Of a stretch of DNA of 32,000 nt, positions 25,189-32,000 are shown one piece after another; the first letter of the stretch is position 1; every line of letters begins with the position of its first letter. Below the pieces are notes generated by a model, which was not told the origin of the DNA, ran no database searches, and saw nothing but the letters and a program-made list of their open reading frames with translations. This stretch comes from Faecalibaculum rodentium (GTDB lineage Bacteria > Bacillota_I > Bacilli_A > Erysipelotrichales > Erysipelotrichaceae), in contig NZ_CP011391.1 in assembly GCF_001564455.1 (NCBI RefSeq), forward strand, positions 2,010,001-2,042,000. Direction: 5' to 3'. The position numbers were made by a program, and so were the translations under genes.

Positions 25189-26007
25189 GTGCTTCATAAA
25201 CTTGGTCTTTCAAGATCTGGCTATTACGACTATTTAAAGCGGAAACCCAGCCACCAGGAAAAGCGCAGGCATGATGTGAAAAAGGCCATCCTTCAGATTT
25301 ATGAAGACAGCCACGAAAACTACGGAGCGCCAAAAATCGCTAAAATCCTGAACTCAGGAGGGATCTCCATTACAGAAAGGACCGTTGGTGTTTATATGCG
25401 TCAAATGGGGATCCGAGCACAGTGGGTCAAGCCTCATACACAAACCACAATACGAAGTGATTTCAGTGGAAATCTGAAGAATCTTCTGGATAGAAACTTC
25501 TCTCCGGCTCACCCAAACTGCGTATGGTGCACAGATATCACCTATATCCACACAAAGCTGGACGGATTCGTTTACCTTGCCTGCATCATGGATCTGTATT
25601 CCAGAAGGATCATTTCCTGGAAGCTTACAAAAACGCTGGACACAGGTCCAATTCTGAAATCGATCGAAGAAGCCAGAAAACGCCGGCCGTCCCAGGAACC
25701 GATAATGATTCATACGGACCGAGGAATCCACTATACCTGTGATCTGTACAGAAAACTGACCAGAGGAATGATTCGCAGTTATTCAGCAAAAGGAGTTCCG
25801 TATGACAACGCCTGTATTGAATCATTCCACTCCCTGATCAAGAGGGAATGGCTGAGCAGGTTCGATATACAGAACTACAGGCATGCATACCGACTGGTGA
25901 GTCAGTATATAGATGACTGGTACAACCCTGAACGGATACACAGCCACTGTGGATATATGTCCCCAGCAGAATATGAAGTAATGTTCCAAAGGACCAGCAC
26001 TGACTGA
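25189..26007 (+). CDS. IS3-family transposase OrfB (DDE integrase core); probably made as OrfAB
   Basis: DDE residues in WCTDITYI, IHTDRGIHY and YDNACIESFHSLIKRE. It lies in the -1 frame relative to orfA. The tracked start is a GTG, but the frame opens upstream. Confidence 0.85.
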   Translation: MLHKLGLSRSGYYDYLKRKPSHQEKRRHDVKKAILQIYEDSHENYGAPKIAKILNSGGISITERTVGVYMRQMGIRAQWVKPHTQTTIRSDFSGNLKNLLDRNFSPAHPNCVWCTDITYIHTKLDGFVYLACIMDLYSRRIISWKLTKTLDTGPILKSIEEARKRRPSQEPIMIHTDRGIHYTCDLYRKLTRGMIRSYSAKGVPYDNACIESFHSLIKREWLSRFDIQNYRHAYRLVSQYIDDWYNPERIHSHCGYMSPAEYEVMFQRTSTD

Positions 26008-26231
26008 GAAAGAATTCTGGAGCGCCCTTTACAGTGGGCTATCCCCTGGTAGACTGATGAGCCTTCAGCCAAGAACTGTCAGATATTGACTCTTTGGATG
26101 AAGGCAAGAGAAAGGGGTCCAGGGGATAGTGGGCCCCACTGTCAAGGGAGGAAGCGGAGGAAATCTTTCGTAGAATTGGCAGTATCTGCCGACTCTCTAA
26201 AATCAGTGTCCGTTTTCTTGACATAGGACCA

Positions 26232-26724
26232 CCTCCAGCCTGGGGATCAGCTGGCCCAGACGCCAAAGATCATGTTTCTGTTTTCGGTAGTTAGAAGGCT
26301 CGTTATCGTTCAGTCTGTTGGATGCGGCTTTTTTACTCATAGCCTCCACCTCTTTTTGCAGGCGTTTCATCCGCTTCTTTTTGCGGAGGATGGAAGCACG
26401 AAGATCTCTGGCCTGCGCTCTGGCAAGCTCCAGACCGGCCTGGTGTCTGGCTTTTGCATCTCTGACAATGGAGTTGGCTGCCCGGCTTTTGAGCCTGTAT
26501 TCGTCCTGGAGGTCTTTGGTGAGCTGGTTCAGGTTCTTTTCTCCATGATCGATCCTGGCAAAAGCGGACCGGTAAGCTTTTGAATAAACGGCAAGCTCAT
26601 CATCGATACAGGCGATCACTTCCGGGCACAGTCTTTTGTCCAGCCGGATCTCCAGTGGGATGACCAGAAATTCCGGCTGTTCATAAACAGGAGACATGGA
26701 TGCAACTGGAACTGTCCGCATCAT
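26232..26724 (-). pseudogene. tnpB: TnpB-like gene, N-terminal part (164 native codons before IS3 copy 1)
   Basis: ATG 26724 overlaps the tnpA stop (ATGA). The native sequence ends ...LIPRLE at the junction. The remaining 9 codons of the tracked ORF are IS-derived. Confidence 0.75.
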
Positions 26725-27254
26725 TCATCCTCCTGATCGGGCATAGAATCTATGATCTCCCGCATCTTCTTTTTCTGATTTCCTCTGATCCTGTACAGCT
26801 TTCCAGAAAAAGATGCCAGCAGGCTCATCATGTCATCGACAAGTTCTTCCTGAAGATCTTTATCTTCCTTTTCCTGCAAGGCGATGAGCTTTACATCGGC
26901 CATAGAGAACAGCTCTTCCAGGTATTCGTAACCAAAACGGGTCAGCCTGTCTTTATTTGTGATGAAGATCCTTTTGACCTCATGGTTCTTTGCCATCTCG
27001 ATCAGTCTGAGCAGTCCTTTTCTCTTTGCGTTGAGCCCGGACCCGGTATCCCTGATGATGATCGGTCTGTCCAGGCCTTCTTTTTCGCAGGCCATCATGA
27101 TGTCAGAGACCTGTCTGTCCAGATCGCCTCTGTTTTTCTGTTCGTGTGAGGAGACCCTTACATAGATGGCATCTCTTCTTGCATCCTCATCCTCAAGCAG
27201 AAGCCCGCAGCGGTCAAGCAGTTCGGCCACGCTGTCTTTGGGAATCAGGATCCG
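26721..27254 (-). pseudogene. tnpA: IS607-family serine recombinase transposase, 5'-truncated by IS3 copy 2
   Basis: AIYVRVSSHEQ (catalytic Ser), DTGSGLNAKRKGL, KDRLTRFGYEYL and SFSGKLYRIRG form the small serine recombinase / IS607 TnpA pattern. The frame continues upstream (RILIPKDSV...) to the IS junction at 27254/27255. The N-terminal HTH is missing. Confidence 0.8.
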
Positions 27255-27350
27255 TGACCTTAGAATAATTTACGGACAGTCCATTTAGAGATTCTAAGAA
27301 TACCGGTATCTATGTCATAGAACTACAATCACTATGAAAGAGGAAAATCT

Positions 27351-27650
27351 ATGGCAAAGAAACGTAAAACATTTACAGATGAATTCAAGCAGGATGCGGT
27401 TCAATTTTTGACTAACCATCCAGAAATGACCGTTATAGAATGTGCTGAAACACTTGGTGTAGGCCGCAGCACCCTGGAAAGATGGAGGGCAGATTTCAAC
27501 CGATCCGGTCTTTCAGCTGTGACAGCTCATAATAATGACAAGGAAGAAAAAGACCTTCTCAAAGAAAATGTCAGGCTTCAACGAGAACTCAGGGACTCAC
27601 AGGAGGCTTTGAAGATTCTAAAAAAAGCCATAAGCATTCTGGGAAACTGA
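27351..27650 (+). CDS. IS3-family transposase OrfA (copy 2)
   Basis: Translation identical to 24824..25123. Confidence 0.85.
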   Translation: MAKKRKTFTDEFKQDAVQFLTNHPEMTVIECAETLGVGRSTLERWRADFNRSGLSAVTAHNNDKEEKDLLKENVRLQRELRDSQEALKILKKAISILGN

Positions 27651-27715
27651 AGCAGGTCGAATACGAACTTGTTGCCGAGGATCATAAAGCTGGAATCCAA
27701 TTCTCGGTATCCAGG

Positions 27716-28534
27716 GTGCTTCATAAACTTGGTCTTTCAAGATCTGGCTATTACGACTATTTAAAGCGGAAACCCAGCCACCAGGAAAAGCGCAGGCATG
27801 ATGTGAAAAAGGCCATCCTTCAGATTTATGAAGACAGCCACGAAAACTACGGAGCGCCAAAAATCGCTAAAATCCTGAACTCAGGAGGGATCTCCATTAC
27901 AGAAAGGACCGTTGGTGTTTATATGCGTCAAATGGGGATCCGAGCACAGTGGGTCAAGCCTCATACACAAACCACAATACGAAGTGATTTCAGTGGAAAT
28001 CTGAAGAATCTTCTGGATAGAAACTTCTCTCCGGCTCACCCAAACTGCGTATGGTGCACAGATATCACCTATATCCACACAAAGCTGGACGGATTCGTTT
28101 ACCTTGCCTGCATCATGGATCTGTATTCCAGAAGGATCATTTCCTGGAAGCTTACAAAAACGCTGGACACAGGTCCAATTCTGAAATCGATCGAAGAAGC
28201 CAGAAAACGCCGGCCGTCCCAGGAACCGATAATGATTCATACGGACCGAGGAATCCACTATACCTGTGATCTGTACAGAAAACTGACCAGAGGAATGATT
28301 CGCAGTTATTCAGCAAAAGGAGTTCCGTATGACAACGCCTGTATTGAATCATTCCACTCCCTGATCAAGAGGGAATGGCTGAGCAGGTTCGATATACAGA
28401 ACTACAGGCATGCATACCGACTGGTGAGTCAGTATATAGATGACTGGTACAACCCTGAACGGATACACAGCCACTGTGGATATATGTCCCCAGCAGAATA
28501 TGAAGTAATGTTCCAAAGGACCAGCACTGACTGA
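27716..28534 (+). CDS. IS3-family transposase OrfB (copy 2)
   Basis: Translation identical to 25189..26007. Confidence 0.85.
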   Translation: MLHKLGLSRSGYYDYLKRKPSHQEKRRHDVKKAILQIYEDSHENYGAPKIAKILNSGGISITERTVGVYMRQMGIRAQWVKPHTQTTIRSDFSGNLKNLLDRNFSPAHPNCVWCTDITYIHTKLDGFVYLACIMDLYSRRIISWKLTKTLDTGPILKSIEEARKRRPSQEPIMIHTDRGIHYTCDLYRKLTRGMIRSYSAKGVPYDNACIESFHSLIKREWLSRFDIQNYRHAYRLVSQYIDDWYNPERIHSHCGYMSPAEYEVMFQRTSTD

Positions 28535-28758
28535 GAAAGAATTCTGGAGCGCCCTTTACAGTGGGCTATCCCCTGGTAGACTGATGAGCCTTCAGCCAAG
28601 AACTGTCAGATATTGACTCTTTGGATGAAGGCAAGAGAAAGGGGTCCAGGGGATAGTGGGCCCCACTGTCAAGGGAGGAAGCGGAGGAAATCTTTCGTAG
28701 AATTGGCAGTATCTGCCGACTCTCTAAAATCAGTGTCCGTTTTCTTGACATAGGACCA

Positions 28759-29150
28759 TACACCCGACCTGCGAACCACAGATATGACCTGAGTTCGTTC
28801 TGGACTTCCACATTGACAAGAAAGGCGTTGGGGGCGACTTCCGTCACGATCAGGACAATGGAATCAAACCGCATCAATCCGGTCCTGGCATTCTCATTCT
28901 CCGAATTCGCCAGGTCACTCCGCAAGTGGTTCCTGCTGTGCTCATCCGTCCCGGTTTTCTCACTCCGCAGTTCCCGACGCATCCGGTCCTCGATTGTCGC
29001 CAGAGATCCCGCAAACCTTTCAGGGCAGCACTTCTTCAAAATCAATGCCAGCATCCTGGGAAGATTCAGGACCGCTATTGCGTTTCGGTTCATTCGCATA
29101 AACTCCCGGGAATCCATGGCTCTTCCCTCCGGTGTCTGTTCTGTCTTCAT
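28759..29150 (-). pseudogene. PD-(D/E)XK (Rpn-like) gene, N-terminal ~130 codons, 3'-truncated by IS3 copy 2
   Basis: MKTEQ... start at 29150, with GGAGGA 6 nt upstream. Core RFDSIVLIV...FLVNVEVQNE resembles FNVEVQNGKEE of 13397..14308. The reading frame runs into the IS right end at 28758. Confidence 0.65.
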
Positions 29151-29336
29151 GATATCCTCCATTCAGGGCATGAGAATCATCCTGTTGCATACAGAATACC
29201 AGAAACAGGCACAAAATATTGCCTGATAGTTTACAATTCCGTGGAATAAACTGCCTTTCAAACTCCCTTGCTACATAAATGTCAACTTTATGTATCCTGC
29301 CCGAATATCCTGACCGCGCCGGAGCTTTCGCTCCCC

Positions 29337-30107
29337 CTAAAAAAACAGAAACCGCTTCTTCCGTCTCGTGGCAGGCACATCCACCACCGGCTTGTCCCGC
29401 AGGATCCTTGCCGGATTTTCCACCAGCAGCAGATCCGCCACTTCTTCACCGTTGCGCCGGGCAATTTCATCATAGACATCCGACAGCTGTGTGATCCTTG
29501 ACCCTTCCGTCCGGTGCGTATCCGTCGCCACCACATCTGCCAGTCCCTGATCCACCAGCTTCCAGGCATTTTTCTCCGCCATCTTTCCATGCAGACCCAG
29601 CAGACTGGTCCGGTTGACCTGGATCACATACCCCGCATCCCGCCACTCCTGGACAATGTCTTCATCCAGTCCATCCCGAAAATAGCGCTCCACATGCGCG
29701 ATCACCGGCACCAGATCCTTCATCTCCAGTTCATACAGCGGATCCTGATAAAAATCGATGTCATGCAGATCGCGCCGCACGTCGTATTCACACAGCTGGT
29801 AATGCGTGTCTTCGTAAGGCCGCACAAAGCCAGAAGCAATGGCCCGTATGGAAGCGCGGTTCATGAACAGCTCCGCACCGGTGCGGATCATGATTCCCTG
29901 CCGCCTGGCCAGTGCCTTGAGTTCCTCCTGCCTGGCAGCGATCACGTCCAGATCCGTTGTCCCCGGAATCATGTGAGGCGTTGACGCAATCGTCGTGATG
30001 TTGTCCTGCGCCGCCATTTCCAGGACCGTCAGAGCGTCTTGTTTCGTTGGGATCCCGTCGTCTATGTCCCAGGCCACATGGGAATGTATATCTGTAAATG
30101 TCTTCAT
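29337..30107 (-). CDS. PHP-family protein-tyrosine phosphatase (CpsB/YwqE-like), 256 aa
   Basis: N-terminal DIHSHVAWDIDDG, then TPH, HVERY and ATDTH metal-ligand motifs, with the size typical of CpsB/CapC/YwqE phosphatases. Confidence 0.82.
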   Translation of the reverse strand: MKTFTDIHSHVAWDIDDGIPTKQDALTVLEMAAQDNITTIASTPHMIPGTTDLDVIAARQEELKALARRQGIMIRTGAELFMNRASIRAIASGFVRPYEDTHYQLCEYDVRRDLHDIDFYQDPLYELEMKDLVPVIAHVERYFRDGLDEDIVQEWRDAGYVIQVNRTSLLGLHGKMAEKNAWKLVDQGLADVVATDTHRTEGSRITQLSDVYDEIARRNGEEVADLLLVENPARILRDKPVVDVPATRRKKRFLFF

Positions 30108-30417
30108 GCCCCTACTATACAGGAAACGGCAGGCGGTTGAGCAGGCGGACTGCCGATGGTGGCAAATAAGCCGGGGCTTTCCTGCCCCAGGTCCCTCACC
30201 TCACGCACGCATGTATCTGCCCTGATTTCTCTCTGCGTGAACTCCATGCACTATTCCTCTGTCCTGTATATAAGGCTGAACGAATGGAGATTCCCTCTTT
30301 CTGCAGAGCAACCCGGCCGCTTGACCTTAGAATAATTTACGGACAGTCCATTTAGAGATTCTAAGAATACCGGTATCTATGTCATAGAACTACAATCACT
30401 ATGAAAGAGGAAAATCT

Positions 30418-30717
30418 ATGGCAAAGAAACGTAAAACATTTACAGATGAATTCAAGCAGGATGCGGTTCAATTTTTGACTAACCATCCAGAAATGACCGT
30501 TATAGAATGTGCTGAAACACTTGGTGTAGGCCGCAGCACCCTGGAAAGATGGAGGGCAGATTTCAACCGATCCGGTCTTTCAGCTGTGACAGCTCATAAT
30601 AATGACAAGGAAGAAAAAGACCTTCTCAAAGAAAATGTCAGGCTTCAACGAGAACTCAGGGACTCACAGGAGGCTTTGAAGATTCTAAAAAAAGCCATAA
30701 GCATTCTGGGAAACTGA
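30418..30717 (+). CDS. IS3-family transposase OrfA (copy 3)
   Basis: Translation identical to 24824..25123. Confidence 0.85.
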   Translation: MAKKRKTFTDEFKQDAVQFLTNHPEMTVIECAETLGVGRSTLERWRADFNRSGLSAVTAHNNDKEEKDLLKENVRLQRELRDSQEALKILKKAISILGN

Positions 30718-30782
30718 AGCAGGTCGAATACGAACTTGTTGCCGAGGATCATAAAGCTGGAATCCAATTCTCGGTATCCAGG

Positions 30783-31601
30783 GTGCTTCATAAACTTGGT
30801 CTTTCAAGATCTGGCTATTACGACTATTTAAAGCGGAAACCCAGCCACCAGGAAAAGCGCAGGCATGATGTGAAAAAGGCCATCCTTCAGATTTATGAAG
30901 ACAGCCACGAAAACTACGGAGCGCCAAAAATCGCTAAAATCCTGAACTCAGGAGGGATCTCCATTACAGAAAGGACCGTTGGTGTTTATATGCGTCAAAT
31001 GGGGATCCGAGCACAGTGGGTCAAGCCTCATACACAAACCACAATACGAAGTGATTTCAGTGGAAATCTGAAGAATCTTCTGGATAGAAACTTCTCTCCG
31101 GCTCACCCAAACTGCGTATGGTGCACAGATATCACCTATATCCACACAAAGCTGGACGGATTCGTTTACCTTGCCTGCATCATGGATCTGTATTCCAGAA
31201 GGATCATTTCCTGGAAGCTTACAAAAACGCTGGACACAGGTCCAATTCTGAAATCGATCGAAGAAGCCAGAAAACGCCGGCCGTCCCAGGAACCGATAAT
31301 GATTCATACGGACCGAGGAATCCACTATACCTGTGATCTGTACAGAAAACTGACCAGAGGAATGATTCGCAGTTATTCAGCAAAAGGAGTTCCGTATGAC
31401 AACGCCTGTATTGAATCATTCCACTCCCTGATCAAGAGGGAATGGCTGAGCAGGTTCGATATACAGAACTACAGGCATGCATACCGACTGGTGAGTCAGT
31501 ATATAGATGACTGGTACAACCCTGAACGGATACACAGCCACTGTGGATATATGTCCCCAGCAGAATATGAAGTAATGTTCCAAAGGACCAGCACTGACTG
31601 A
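30783..31601 (+). CDS. IS3-family transposase OrfB (copy 3)
   Basis: Translation identical to 25189..26007. Confidence 0.85.
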   Translation: MLHKLGLSRSGYYDYLKRKPSHQEKRRHDVKKAILQIYEDSHENYGAPKIAKILNSGGISITERTVGVYMRQMGIRAQWVKPHTQTTIRSDFSGNLKNLLDRNFSPAHPNCVWCTDITYIHTKLDGFVYLACIMDLYSRRIISWKLTKTLDTGPILKSIEEARKRRPSQEPIMIHTDRGIHYTCDLYRKLTRGMIRSYSAKGVPYDNACIESFHSLIKREWLSRFDIQNYRHAYRLVSQYIDDWYNPERIHSHCGYMSPAEYEVMFQRTSTD

Positions 31602-32000
31602 GAAAGAATTCTGGAGCGCCCTTTACAGTGGGCTATCCCCTGGTAGACTGATGAGCCTTCAGCCAAGAACTGTCAGATATTGACTCTTTGGATGAAGGCA
31701 AGAGAAAGGGGTCCAGGGGATAGTGGGCCCCACTGTCAAGGGAGGAAGCGGAGGAAATCTTTCGTAGAATTGGCAGTATCTGCCGACTCTCTAAAATCAG
31801 TGTCCGTTTTCTTGACATAGGACCAGCTGCATCCTTTTTTGATTCAAATGCTGTCCCCCCTGAAACCTGTCCTTCAGACTGACACCAGAAACACAAAACT
31901 GAAAAGGAGCGGCTCCTGTCCTGCCCGGTCCAATGAAGCGGGAAGGAAAAGCTGCTCCTTTTGTCCTGATGTCTTTTGACCACAATGAACTGCATGGAAA

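Larger units (their letters stand above)
24728..26231 (+). mobile_element. IS3-family insertion sequence, copy 1 (1504 bp), 3-bp TSD CCT
   Basis: Ends are TG...CA with imperfect ~38-bp IRs (TGACCTTAGAATAATTTACGGACAGTCCATTTAGAGA vs revcomp TGGTCCTATGTCAAGAAAACGGACACTGATTTTAGAGA). It has the orfA/orfB organisation. CCT at 24725-24727 is duplicated at 26232-26234. Confidence 0.92.
27255..28758 (+). mobile_element. IS3-family insertion sequence, copy 2 (1504 bp), no TSD
   Basis: Same ends and identical ORF translations as copy 1. The flanks are CCG (27252-27254) and TAC (28759-28761), which do not match. Confidence 0.92.
30322..31825 (+). mobile_element. IS3-family insertion sequence, copy 3 (1504 bp), 3-bp TSD GCT
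   Basis: Same ends and ORFs as copies 1 and 2. GCT at 30319-30321 is duplicated at 31826-31828. Confidence 0.92.

Noticed and set aside
25354-25731. 125-aa minus-strand ORF inside each IS3 copy (and other short internal ORFs)
   Set aside because: It is antisense to the DDE transposase orfB. No independent signals.
26039-26266. Minus-strand ORF reading out of the IS3 right end (also 28566-28758 and 31633-31995), creating apparent fusion proteins
   Set aside because: The shared segment (GPMSRKRTLILESRQ...STRG) is antisense within the IS terminal region, and the N-termini differ with each flank. These are chance read-through frames. The 28759-29150 part is instead scored as a truncated host gene.
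27255-31825. Composite transposon formed by IS3 copies 2+3 (or 1+2)
   Set aside because: The outer flanks do not share a target duplication (CCG vs GCT for copies 2+3; CCT vs TAC for 1+2). Copies 1 and 3 each have their own private TSD, so they inserted independently.
24728-31825. Regularly spaced identical repeats as a possible CRISPR-like or other array
   Set aside because: The repeat unit is a 1.5-kb complete IS with transposase genes and inverted-repeat ends. The spacers are ordinary gene fragments.

Overview
This 32-kb chromosomal segment has Gram-positive (Bacillota-like) signals: AGGAGG-type RBSs, a lipobox lipoprotein, and hairpin plus T-run terminators. Positions 1 to about 22.5 kb are a GC-rich backbone. 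It carries two tandem C69 dipeptidases, an LMW-PTP + PHP phosphatase operon, a thioredoxin-fold lipoprotein, an HxlR regulator, Lon protease and L-lactate dehydrogenase. It also carries a 5'-truncated flavodoxin-like remnant, an EamA transporter translationally coupled to a DEDDh exonuclease, a cation:proton antiporter, a Fic protein, a MerR/GyrI-like regulator, and several PD-(D/E)XK (Rpn/YhgA-like) putative transposase paralogs. A complete 1910-nt class C group II intron (14507-16416, minus strand) sits exactly behind an intrinsic terminator. Positions 22.6-32 kb are AT-richer and hold a pile-up of mobile elements. An IS607-like unit (serine-recombinase tnpA + TnpB-like gene) has been hit by two of three apparently identical 1504-bp IS3-family copies (24728-26231, 27255-28758, 30322-31825, all + orientation). 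Copies 1 and 3 have 3-bp target duplications. Copy 2 does not, which implies IS-IS recombination or deletion. The most unusual item is the reconstructable 477-aa TnpB-like protein. It lacks the Zn ribbon, has His where the third RuvC Asp is expected, and is followed by a ~57-nt near-perfect hairpin. No rRNA, tRNA or CRISPR array was seen. All functional calls come from motif recognition by eye on the supplied ORF translations; no database search or folding program was run.
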